Below are positions 33,245 through 41,835 of a stretch of DNA of 46,242 bases, piece after piece. Position numbers and translations under genes: made by a program. Every line of letters begins with the position of its first letter. Positions within the stretch are counted from its first letter, which is position 1. The notes beneath the pieces were generated by a model that worked only from the letters and a program-made list of their open reading frames with translations, made no database searches and was not told where the DNA came from. Source of the stretch: an uncultured Phycisphaeraceae bacterium (lineage in GTDB: Bacteria > Planctomycetota > Phycisphaerae > Phycisphaerales > Phycisphaeraceae); assembly GCA_964431205.1 (NCBI GenBank), contig CAYSIX010000001.1, forward strand, positions 1 through 46,242, read 5' to 3'.

Positions 33245-34090
33245 TTAGGCCTTGCGGCGGCGCACCGCGACGGCCACGGCCCCGATGCCCGTCAGCATCA
33301 CCGACGCCGGCTCGGGGATCAGCGTGAAGTCGAGGAACGGCGCGCCCGCTTCGCCGCCGGCTTCCTTGGTGACAAAGCGGAGCTGACCGCCGCTGCCGTT
33401 GCCGCCGATCAGGAACATCGCCGAGTCATCCGTGCCCAGGCTCTGCAGGTACTGGACGATGGTGCCCTCGATCGAGGTCGCGGCCTCGTTATCGATCACG
33501 TCGACCAGGTCCGGGCCGGTGGTGTCCAGCAGGTCCTGATCGATCGTCGCGAGCGAGCCGGCGGGCGCGTCGGAATCATCTTCCTGCTTGGGGAACTGGA
33601 AGGTGCCGAGGAACGCCGTCTCATCGGCGACGACACTGCGGGTCGCGGCATCGCCGTCGCTGTTCAGGCCGGGCACGTCGTCGAAGCTGCCGTCCGTCTC
33701 GGTGAGGCTGTCGAATCCCGGTGCATCCGGGCTGACGCCCCAGATGGTGTGCTCCTTGTGGTTGTTGCTCGACGTGCGGTTGAAGATGAAGTTCAAGGAA
33801 GCGTCGACAATCAGGCTCTTGTCCACGCCGCTGAGGTCGAAGCGCACGACGACGAGCTCGTTGCGGTCGCTCATGGTGAAACGCGAGTTCATGTCGTCGT
33901 CATCGGCATCGAAGGCCTCGCTAAACACAATCGACGGAGGGAACCCCTCCTCGTTGGACTGTTCCAGCGCTTCGCCATCCAGTCCGTTGCCATCGGTCGT
34001 TTTCACGATGACCGCGCTGGTGTTCGTCGACCAGACCGCGATCAGAGAAAGAGTCGCCGCCGTCAGAATGCTTTTCTTAATCGTCAACAT
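33245..34090 (-). CDS. PEP-CTERM-anchored beta-sandwich exoprotein (paralog of 40544..41689 without the dockerin cassette)
   Basis: ORF 33245..34138. Start placed at ATG 34090 (MLTIKKSILTAATLSLIAVW), which aligns with MQPIKQSVLAAAALSLTVAW of the paralog and follows GGAGG. Shared blocks: TTDGNGLDGEA, DRNE..V..FDL.GVDKS.I..AS.NFIFNR.SSNNHKE.TIWGVSPDA.GFD. C-terminal IPEPASVMLTGIGAVAVAVRRRKA. Confidence 0.8.
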   Translation of the reverse strand: MLTIKKSILTAATLSLIAVWSTNTSAVIVKTTDGNGLDGEALEQSNEEGFPPSIVFSEAFDADDDDMNSRFTMSDRNELVVVRFDLSGVDKSLIVDASLNFIFNRTSSNNHKEHTIWGVSPDAPGFDSLTETDGSFDDVPGLNSDGDAATRSVVADETAFLGTFQFPKQEDDSDAPAGSLATIDQDLLDTTGPDLVDVIDNEAATSIEGTIVQYLQSLGTDDSAMFLIGGNGSGGQLRFVTKEAGGEAGAPFLDFTLIPEPASVMLTGIGAVAVAVRRRKA

Positions 34091-34652
34091 CATGTCCTCC
34101 ATACCTCCATAAACAAGAAAGTGAAAGTGAGACGCCACATCGAATCCGTCGGTCCAATGACGTTCGGCACCCGTCCGTCATCCGGTCAGAGGCCACTTCC
34201 GCGAGCCTCGCATGATGACGGCTGTGCCAACAGGGTCATACAACTACGCGATGCTTTGATGATGTCATTGCCTCCTTCGCTTCGGCTGCGGTCGCGCCGG
34301 CCACGATCCGCAAGACTTCGAACCAGACAGGGTTTTCTCCCAGCACATGAAGATGCGAGGCCTCCGCCGTCGGAAGCGAGCCACGAAGTGGTCGGCGTGA
34401 AAGCCTCGCCGATGCCCAACGGCCCGGTGAACGAGCGCAAGTATACCGCGCCGCGACCGCGATGGAATCGGCAAATGCCCGCAAATCTCTCGGGCCCGGA
34501 AGGAATCGAGCCGAAACCTTGGCGTGATCCGGTCGCCCTCTTCGCGAACGCGCGCTGGCTGCAACTTTGCCCAGTACGGGCGATATGACGCCACGCGGAT
34601 TCTTCACGTCATCCCTTCTCATGCCGGCCTGCTCCAATGCGGTCGCCTGAGA

Positions 34653-34946
34653 TCAGACAGCGTCAGGCCGAGCACGATGGCCAACGTCTTTCGGCTCGGG
34701 CAGACCGTTCTGGCGCAGGCGAAGACTCTGGCCGATCGAATGCACGCCGTCACGAACGAGGATCTGGTCCCCGGGTGCGGACGCGTCGGCCGAGCGGGAC
34801 AGGCTGGCGAACGGGCTGTCAAGCGTTCCGAGGCCCAGCCCGTCGCCATCAACGGCGACGTGAAAGGTCGTGCTCGCCGCGGCGGACGATGTCCCCACAC
34901 ACAGGGCCAGCATCATCGCTGTACGAATGCCTGCTCGATGCAACAC
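34653..34946 (-). pseudogene. Truncated remnant of an exported right-handed beta-helix (pectate-lyase-fold) protein
   Basis: The 97-aa ORF has a signal peptide (MMLALCVGTSSAAAS) and the typical N-terminal block of beta-helix exoenzymes (FHVAVDGDG.GLGTLDSPFASLSRSADASAPGDQILVRDGVH). It then stops. No continuation was recognisable in any frame of the following ~500 nt. Confidence 0.45.
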
Positions 34947-34991
34947 GTCATTCCTTCTCCGCCCCCCAGGCGTCGTCCTCCAGCGCGGCGC

Positions 34992-36260
34992 TCACTGGCG
35001 CGTGCGGCTCGGCAGCGTTCCCGGCCTCAGGGCCGGAGCCGTCTTGATCATCACGGGCTCGGCTCGATGCGGCGTCGCGGGTCCGCCGACGCTCGCGTCG
35101 TCCGGCAGCACCCCACGCTCGAAGCACTCGCTGAAGAGGCGCTCGATCCCGTCGATCGACAGCAGAAGGTCGTCCTCGTCGTCTTCACGGTGCACACGCT
35201 GCGGCGCGACCGAACGCGGCCGAGTTGCCCGTGACACCGCCTCGACCAGGGCCGTGTGATCCCGGCCCATCTCCAGCGTCGCCAGCGTGTGCCCCGGCGG
35301 CGTCTGGCCCCGAACCACCGACGCGAAGCACTGCAGCATCGGTGTCCGGTCCCGCTGGACCATCGGCCAACGCTCGACCGCGCCACGATCGGGCGTGATC
35401 CGCACCTCCGACAGCGTCCGCTCGACCCGCCCGCGCTCGCAGAGGATCAGCAGCGTCGGGTCGATCCGCGTGCGGCAGGCGAGCGTGAACAGCGTCAGCA
35501 GGTCCACGCCGGTGTCCAGGCGGGCGCGCAGGCTCACCGTGTCGTAGTTCTCGATGTCGTGGGCGCGGAAGGTGTGGGCCTCGACCGATCGCGGCGTGGC
35601 GCTGTCTTGCAGCGTGGGCCCGGCGAAGTAGAGCGCAAGGTTGGCGAAGTGTGCCAGCGCGTTGCTCAAGGGGCTGTCGTCGACGGTGCGGCCGTCGAGC
35701 CGGTACCGTCCGGCCCAGTCGTTGCGGCGGAAGTAGGACTGCCGCCGCGGCCAGCACCCGATCACGCGGACCTCCCGCACGGCGCCCAGCTCGCCGGAGA
35801 GGAGCTTGCGCTTCAGCGCGTGCGTCGTCGGGTGATAGATCTCCTGAAACCCCAGCAGCACGGGCACGCCGGCGCGATCGCGCGTCGCGATCATCCGGTC
35901 CACCTCCCCGACCGTCGCCGCCGCCGGCTTCTCACACATCACGGGCAAACCCGCGGCCACCGCCTGAGACGTGTACGCCGCGTGCAGGTGGATCGGCACC
36001 GGCAGCCACACCGCGTCCAGCCCCTCCAGGCCCAGGAACCGATCGAAGTCGTCGCACACCGGCACGCCCCGCGACTCCAGCCGCGTCACCTGGCCGTTGT
36101 GACGATCGGGAAACGCCTCGAACACCCCGGCCAGCGTCACCGGCGGGTTCACCGCCGCGCCGCTGTTCTCGATCAGCTGCACAAGCGACCCGCCGTAGCC
36201 GCCGATGCCCGCCATGCCGACCCGAACACCATTCACGGGTTGACCCGTCCACCGGTTCAT
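34992..36260 (-). CDS. Gfo/Idh/MocA-family oxidoreductase
   Basis: 422 aa. VRVGMAGIGGYGGSLV (Rossmann loop) and PVMCEKPAA (EKP motif). Confidence 0.85.
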   Translation of the reverse strand: MNRWTGQPVNGVRVGMAGIGGYGGSLVQLIENSGAAVNPPVTLAGVFEAFPDRHNGQVTRLESRGVPVCDDFDRFLGLEGLDAVWLPVPIHLHAAYTSQAVAAGLPVMCEKPAAATVGEVDRMIATRDRAGVPVLLGFQEIYHPTTHALKRKLLSGELGAVREVRVIGCWPRRQSYFRRNDWAGRYRLDGRTVDDSPLSNALAHFANLALYFAGPTLQDSATPRSVEAHTFRAHDIENYDTVSLRARLDTGVDLLTLFTLACRTRIDPTLLILCERGRVERTLSEVRITPDRGAVERWPMVQRDRTPMLQCFASVVRGQTPPGHTLATLEMGRDHTALVEAVSRATRPRSVAPQRVHREDDEDDLLLSIDGIERLFSECFERGVLPDDASVGGPATPHRAEPVMIKTAPALRPGTLPSRTRQ

Positions 36261-36350
36261 GCCGTGGCTCCACGCGGAGCCTCGTGAACGACGGTGTGAC
36301 CGCGCCGCGGGCTTCGATTGGTCGTGTCCTTGCGCATGCGTCTTCCTTAA

Positions 36351-37649
36351 TCAGCCGCGCGACAGGGCGCGCAGGTGTCGGGTGAAGTGCTCGGCCAGGC
36401 AACGCCGGTACTCGTCCGCGTGTTCGCGCAACACGCGGTGCACCAGCGGGCCCAGCTCCGCGTCGGTCAGCACCGAGCCGAACGTGCAGTGCAGGATCTG
36501 CCGGCCCGGCGCGGTGAAGCCCCGGCCCGCCGGCACGTCGTCCCACCGCTCGAGGTAGACCGCCTCCCGCTCGGCGTCCGAGGCGATGTCCTCGGGCGCC
36601 GGCACCCGGGTCAGCTCCGCCGAGACGTGGTAGGTGGCACGGTCTTGCTCGTAACGCTCACGTGAGAACACGATGATGCGCCGGAACTGGTCCGGTGCCA
36701 GCCGTGCCAGCACGCGCAGCGCCTCGAGGTAGCTCGTGCCGGCGGTCTTGACGTGAAACATCCCCTCGGTCGCACGGGCGAGGATCGGATACATCGAGAG
36801 CTTGTCGGACCCGGAGTGAAGCGAGAGCTTGTAGGGCCCGCAGGCCCGGGCGATCGCGGCGTGGGTGCGGAGGGATCGCTCCAGCGCGTCGAGGTCCCCG
36901 CGGTAATCGACGCCCTTCTCGAAATCGCCGATGAACCGCGGCGCCAGACTGACCAGCGGCACGCCCTGGGATCGGAACTGGTCGGCGATGATGTAGTGCT
37001 CGGCCGGCGAGGTGGGCTGCTCGGTCTCGTCCACGGACAGCTCGAGCTCGATCTCGACGCCCCGCTCCTTCGCCGCCGACCGGGCATATTGCGCAAGGTT
37101 CAGGGCGCAGTCGATCGCCCGGCCGTACTTGACCGCGGCGCGACGAACGGTCAGCCCGTCGAGCGTGATCCGGCCACCGTCGGGCAGCGTGACGGTCTGA
37201 TCTTCGTACCGTTTGACCCATGGCGCGACGTCGCCGAGCGTCGCGAAGCGTTGCTCGACCTCGTCGGGGGTGTAGCCGTCGGCCTTCTGGTCTACGAATT
37301 CGGAAGGATCGAGGGTAAAGAAGACGAAGCCGGCGTCGAGCGTGACGTCGACGTCCTCGGTGCGTTTGATGTGATCGGCATCGGCGCCCCAGGGCTCGGA
37401 ATAGCCGGCGCGGGTGAGGGCGTCGGCGGCGCAGCGCATCACCTCGGTGGGCGAGCGACGGGTGCGGTTCATCTCGCGGATGGATTGCTGGGCGAAGATG
37501 CCGCGGATCGGGCCACCGGCGTCGCGCAGGGCGTCGAGGTGCCCGGGCGTGGCGCAGCCGAGCCGATCGCCGAACCCGAAGCTCGGCGTGAGGCCGAGCA
37601 GGCTCGGGGCGGTGGCGGTGCGATGCGGTGCGTCGGTCGTGTGGCTCAT
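36351..37649 (-). CDS. Tagaturonate/fructuronate epimerase (UxaE)-like TIM-barrel protein
   Basis: 432 aa. N-terminal SFGFGDRLGCATPGH and WGADADHIK blocks match what I recall of the UxaE family. Not verifiable here. Confidence 0.5.
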   Translation of the reverse strand: MSHTTDAPHRTATAPSLLGLTPSFGFGDRLGCATPGHLDALRDAGGPIRGIFAQQSIREMNRTRRSPTEVMRCAADALTRAGYSEPWGADADHIKRTEDVDVTLDAGFVFFTLDPSEFVDQKADGYTPDEVEQRFATLGDVAPWVKRYEDQTVTLPDGGRITLDGLTVRRAAVKYGRAIDCALNLAQYARSAAKERGVEIELELSVDETEQPTSPAEHYIIADQFRSQGVPLVSLAPRFIGDFEKGVDYRGDLDALERSLRTHAAIARACGPYKLSLHSGSDKLSMYPILARATEGMFHVKTAGTSYLEALRVLARLAPDQFRRIIVFSRERYEQDRATYHVSAELTRVPAPEDIASDAEREAVYLERWDDVPAGRGFTAPGRQILHCTFGSVLTDAELGPLVHRVLREHADEYRRCLAEHFTRHLRALSRG

Positions 37650-38098
37650 AGGTTCATCCGCAGGGCGTGCCTCGGGGCATCCGGTTCATGGGACCGGCTC
37701 GGCGCGTCAACACCGCCGTCGATCCGTTCGCAAGGATAGCCGAGGGGCGTGATCGACTCGCCGGTGAAATTTGAAGACATCCGGTCCCCGTGTGAGTGTG
37801 GTCGGGCCGCGGACAGGCGGAGGCTTTCCGAGCGATCCGATCGATCCGGGGCGAGGCCCGCTCGAGGCGACGAATGCTCCGGTCCGCGGGATGGATGCGG
37901 CGATCGTGAGCGGGTCGGCCGGCCGTTTGACCGACCGCGGCGTGGTCGCTTCCGCCGTGGCGGACCGATGCCCGCGCGGTCTGATCCGTTTCAACTTTGG
38001 TGCCGGGAGTGTTCGTCGGACGTGCTAACCTCCCCGCAATGGCGACGAATCCAGAAGCAGAAGGGCATCACGGCGGTTTCAAGCGGGCGACCCGAATG

Positions 38099-38154
38099 CT
38101 TCAACATTGCAGTCGCTTGTAACCATTGTTCGCCCCCTGGCGGCGGGTTATGGT
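38099..38154 (+). promoter_or_regulatory. Promoter with conserved upstream motif (copy 1) for DUF1559 gene 38310..39158
   Basis: CTTCAACATTG (38099-38109), -35 TTGTTC (38126-38131), 17 nt, -10 TATGGT (38149-38154). GACC lies 10 nt upstream of the motif. The same register is found at 39392 and 44184. Predicted leader about 150 nt. Confidence 0.5.
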
Positions 38155-38309
38155 TGAACAAGTCAACTCGCGGACGACAGGTCATTCGACATGGCGGCTG
38201 AGGCTGATTCGAAGATTTCTCTGGTTTGCTGCCCCGTTCGTGTGGTTTCACCCGAATACGCGCCGCCGAAGCCTCACGGCGACGTGACCTGCCAAGGAGG
38301 CATTCGCTC

Positions 38310-39158
38310 ATGACAACGCGACGCACCAAACACGGCTTCACCCTCATCGAGCTGCTCGTGGTGATCTCGATCATCGCGCTGCTGATCGGCATCCTCTTGC
38401 CGGCGCTCGGCAAGGCGCGCGAGACCGCGAGGCTGATCCAGTGCGCGCAGAACCAGCGTCAGGTCAGCATCGCGATGAACGTGTACACCGAGGATTTCGA
38501 CGGCTTTTTCCCGATGATGGATATGAGAAACGTCAGCTTCGGGGGCACGCAATACCTCCACTACACCTGGTGGGCCCAGCTCGGTCGCGGCCTGTACATC
38601 CCCAGCGGGGACGACAACCTCAACAACGACGCGTCCAGCAACGTGATGGTCTGCCCCTCGGACCCCGATCCCACCGAATGGACCGATCGCTTCTCCAGCT
38701 TCGGGGCCAGCGGCTTGCTCGTCTGGGGCAATGAGGATGGCACCCCGCCCACCCCGCAGCGGCTGATCGGTTCCGCCGTCACGAACGCAGACCCGAAGTA
38801 CCTCGAGCAGCGGCCCCGGATCGACGTGGTGCGTTCGCCGTCGCAGGTCATCCTCACCGGCGAGTGCGTCGGCGACCCGATGCTCAACCCGAACATTCCC
38901 AACCGCTGGTGGGCCGGCGAGCGACCGACGCCTTCCGCGATCCAGCACCAGGACTTCACGGACTGGACGCGTCACTCCCCGACACCCTCCGGCCGAACCC
39001 TCGGTGGCTTCTACGCCGACGCGAAGAACGGCATCGCCAACTTCTCCTACGTCGACGGGCACGCCGCCACGGTCAACCAGTGGTCCGAAGACCTCGTCGG
39101 GTTACAGGAAGTGCCCCCGGAGGAGATCGTCGAGAAGTGCACCATGTGGTTGTATTGA
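38310..39158 (+). CDS. Prepilin-type N-terminal cleavage/methylation domain protein, DUF1559 family (tandem copy 1)
   Basis: Start ATG 38310 (AAGGAGG 9 nt upstream); the track ORF starts earlier at 38226. [52 protein letters not shown]. The C-terminal AKNGIANFSYVDGHAATV is a K-X9-DG variant of the H-X9-DG motif. Confidence 0.85.
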   Translation: MTTRRTKHGFTLIELLVVISIIALLIGILLPALGKARETARLIQCAQNQRQVSIAMNVYTEDFDGFFPMMDMRNVSFGGTQYLHYTWWAQLGRGLYIPSGDDNLNNDASSNVMVCPSDPDPTEWTDRFSSFGASGLLVWGNEDGTPPTPQRLIGSAVTNADPKYLEQRPRIDVVRSPSQVILTGECVGDPMLNPNIPNRWWAGERPTPSAIQHQDFTDWTRHSPTPSGRTLGGFYADAKNGIANFSYVDGHAATVNQWSEDLVGLQEVPPEEIVEKCTMWLY

Positions 39159-39326
39159 CCGACCGGATCCGCCGTCTGATCTGTGGAGGATGTCGAGGGT
39201 GTCGCGTTCGCTGCGTGTTCGAACGAGCGACCTTCACGGTGGGGCGAATGCGATCGCGACCCAGCCGACCCAGAAACACACGGCGTGACGCCGGCAAAGG
39301 CCCCCACCGGTGAATCGGGATCGGAT

Positions 39327-39340
39327 CATAACGCGTTATG
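39327..39340. promoter_or_regulatory. Perfect 14-bp palindrome, candidate operator
   Basis: CATAACGCGTTATG is its own reverse complement. It lies 52 nt upstream of the conserved promoter motif of the second DUF1559 gene, in a locally AT-richer stretch. Confidence 0.35.
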
Positions 39341-39391
39341 AAACCTGACCATAGGTGTTTGACGGACGGGTTGCACGAGCGGACCGGAATC

Positions 39392-39447
39392 CTTCAACAT
39401 TGCGGGCGTTTGAAACTATTGCCGAGCCCGCCCGCCGCCGTTAGAGT
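39392..39447 (+). promoter_or_regulatory. Promoter with conserved upstream motif (copy 2) for DUF1559 gene 39626..40471
   Basis: CTTCAACATTG (39392-39402), -35 TTGCCG (39419-39424), 17 nt, -10 TAGAGT (39442-39447). GACC lies 10 nt upstream of the motif. Confidence 0.5.
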
Positions 39448-39625
39448 CAGTTTTGCGGGTCGAACACCGGCTCGACCGCCCCTGTGTGCTTTCCTTCAAT
39501 TCGTGTCCTGCAATGAGATTGGCAATGCCCTTTAACCCGACGATTCAGCGCGGCCTCCTCGGCAGGCGCGACAGTCTCGGCACCCCCGCATCGCCCCTCG
39601 CTTCCACGTTGAGGATTGCCCCAGC

Positions 39626-40471
39626 ATGAACACGCCACCGCGCAGAATCGGCTTTACACTCATCGAGCTGCTGGTTGTCATCTCCATCATCGCGCTGCTG
39701 ATCGGCATCCTCCTGCCGGCGCTGAGCAAGGCTCGCGAAACCGCCAGGCTGGTCCAGTGCGCCCAAAACCAACGTCAAGTCAGCATCGCGCTCAACGTGT
39801 ACACCGAGGACTACGACGGTTATTTCCCGCGCATGGACATGGGCGCCCGGCCCGACATCGGCTACTCGCACCACTACACCTGGTGGGGCCAGCTCGGCCG
39901 CGGTCTGTACATCCCCAACGGGGACGACAACCGCAACGACGACGCGTCCAGCAACGTGATGGTCTGCCCCTCGGACCCCGACCCCACCGAATGGAGCGAC
40001 CGCTTCTCCAGCTTCGGCGCCAGTGGCCTGCTCGTCTGGGGCAACGACGACGGCGCCGAGCCGTCCCCGCAGCGACTGATCGGTTCAGTCGTCGCGGAAG
40101 CAGATCCCGGGTACCTCAACGAGCGGCCCCGCATCAGCCACGTGCGTGGGGCGTCGCAGGTGATCCTCACCGGCGAGTGCATCGGCTTTCCGTTCATCAA
40201 CCCGCGACAGCCCAACCGATGGAAGGCCCAGACGCGGCCGACCCCCGACAAAGTCAAGCACCAGGAGTGGACCGACTGGGATCGTCACTCCTCGAGCCCC
40301 TCTGGAAGGTCCCTCGGCGGCTTCTACCTCGAGGCACGCAACGGCATCGCCAACTTCGCCTACGTCGATGGGCACGCCGGCACGGTTCAGCAGTGGAGCG
40401 AAGACCTCGTCGGGCTCGAAGAGGTGCCCCCCGACCAGATCATGGACAAGTGCAGAATGTGGGTTTATTGA
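39626..40471 (+). CDS. Prepilin-type N-terminal cleavage/methylation domain protein, DUF1559 family (tandem copy 2)
   Basis: 281 aa. [52 protein letters not shown]. Roughly three quarters of residues are identical to copy 1 by eye. C-terminal [18 protein letters not shown] (R-X9-DG). Confidence 0.9.
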   Translation: MNTPPRRIGFTLIELLVVISIIALLIGILLPALSKARETARLVQCAQNQRQVSIALNVYTEDYDGYFPRMDMGARPDIGYSHHYTWWGQLGRGLYIPNGDDNRNDDASSNVMVCPSDPDPTEWSDRFSSFGASGLLVWGNDDGAEPSPQRLIGSVVAEADPGYLNERPRISHVRGASQVILTGECIGFPFINPRQPNRWKAQTRPTPDKVKHQEWTDWDRHSSSPSGRSLGGFYLEARNGIANFAYVDGHAGTVQQWSEDLVGLEEVPPDQIMDKCRMWVY

Positions 40472-40543
40472 CTGATTGGACGTGACGTCTCATTTTTATG
40501 GCCTTTTCATCTCAGACGATGAGGAGGAAAGAAGGAGGAAAAC

Positions 40544-41689
40544 ATGCAACCGATCAAGCAAAGTGTTCTAGCCGCCGCGGCTCTTTCTCTGACGGTGGCC
40601 TGGCCGATGAGTGCCGGCGCCGAAATCGTCCACACAACCGATGGCAACGGCCTCGATGGAGAGGCCTTTGAAGTCGTCAACGAAGCGGGATTCCCCCCTG
40701 TGATCACGTTTGACGATGGGTTCGACACGCTCGACGTTGAGGCGAACGGCCGTTTCAACCAGGGCGATCGAAACGAGTTCATCGTCCTGAAGTTCGACCT
40801 GACCGGTGTGGACAAGAGCCAGATCACCGAAGCGAGCGTGAACTTCATCTTCAACCGCGGGTCCAGCAACAACCACAAGGAGCAGACGATCTGGGGCGTC
40901 AGCCCCGACGCGGCAGGGTTTGACACCTTCGCCACGATGACGGATGCCGACTTCGACCCCGCCACGGGGGATCCCAGCTTCGACGACGTGCCCGGGCTGG
41001 AGAATGACGGTGACTCGGTGACCCGGAGCGTCCTCGCCGATGAAACTTCGTTCCTGGGCACCTTCCTGTTCCCCTTCGAGAACCAGGAGGAAGTGGACGA
41101 GTTCAACAACGACGAGGATCCGAGCAACGACGTGGCAGAAGACTTTCTGGACGCCGGCGATACCGGCACCATCGATCAGAACCTGCTGGACACCACCGGC
41201 CCGGATCCGCTGGAGCCGGACGCGGTGCTCGATAACGAGGCGGCGGACGCGATCGAGGGCACGATCGTCGACTACCTGCAAAGCCTCGGGACGGACGACC
41301 CGGCGCTGTTCCTGATCAGCGGCAACGGCAGCAACGGCCAGTTCCGCTGGGTCACCAAGGAAGCCGGCGGCGAAGCGGGCGCGCCGTTCCTCGAGTTCAC
41401 CCTCGGCGCTCAGGTCGTCACCGGTGACGCCGATGGCGACGGTGACGTGGACGCGTTCGACCTGGGCCTCTGGCAGACGCAGTTCGGTCAGACCGGCGAG
41501 GGCCTCAGCGCCGACTTCGACGACGACGGCGACGTGGACGCGTTCGACCTGGGCCTGTGGCAGACCAACTTCGGCACGGGCCAGGATGGCAGCGCGGTGC
41601 CGGAGCCGGCGACGCTGGCGCTGCTGCTGGCGGCCGCGGGCCTGTGCGGCCGGCGTCGCACCGCGGCGGCCGATCGGCGATCGAGCTGA
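40544..41689 (+). CDS. PEP-CTERM-anchored beta-sandwich exoprotein with double dockerin-like cassette
   Basis: 381 aa. GGAGGAAAGAAGGAGGAAAAC precedes the ATG. Signal peptide present. The core is shared with 33245..34090. GDADGDGDVDAFDLGLWQTQFG / DFDDDGDVDAFDLGLWQTNFG. VPEPATLALLLAAAGLCGRRR is a PEP-CTERM signal. Confidence 0.85.
   Translation: MQPIKQSVLAAAALSLTVAWPMSAGAEIVHTTDGNGLDGEAFEVVNEAGFPPVITFDDGFDTLDVEANGRFNQGDRNEFIVLKFDLTGVDKSQITEASVNFIFNRGSSNNHKEQTIWGVSPDAAGFDTFATMTDADFDPATGDPSFDDVPGLENDGDSVTRSVLADETSFLGTFLFPFENQEEVDEFNNDEDPSNDVAEDFLDAGDTGTIDQNLLDTTGPDPLEPDAVLDNEAADAIEGTIVDYLQSLGTDDPALFLISGNGSNGQFRWVTKEAGGEAGAPFLEFTLGAQVVTGDADGDGDVDAFDLGLWQTQFGQTGEGLSADFDDDGDVDAFDLGLWQTNFGTGQDGSAVPEPATLALLLAAAGLCGRRRTAAADRRSS
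41423..41575 (+). repeat. Dockerin-like double EF-hand cassette, copy 3 of 3 (coding)
   Basis: Same 51-codon block as 14703..14855 (-) and 19243..19395 (+). Confidence 0.85.
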
Positions 41690-41835
41690 CGGTTCGTGAC
41701 GATCGGGCCACGGACGTGGCCGTGAGGCAGGGATCGTGCGAGAATGGCGAGGCCGGTCGCTGACAAGGCGGCCGGCCTCATTCACAGGTGGCGCCGCCGC
41801 GCCTCGGTCACGATCACCCTTCGGACCGCAACACC

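Noticed and set aside
34236-34268. 10-codon upstream ORF (MTSSKHRVVV) preceded by AAGGAGG, upstream of the 33245..34090 PEP-CTERM gene
   Set aside because: The Shine-Dalgarno-like sequence is only about 2 nt from the ATG, too close for normal initiation. The peptide has no recognisable leader-peptide logic, and I cannot test conservation.
38118-38152. ECF-sigma-type reading of the conserved promoters: TGTAAC / TGAAAC as -35 with CGT/GTT as -10. A similar TGAAACCATTG...CGTC occurs at 14477-14511.
   Set aside because: The AAC-to-CGT spacing is 21-22 nt instead of the 16-17 nt typical of ECF promoters. Copy 3 (44184) lacks the AAC element. The 14477 site points antisense into a coding gene.
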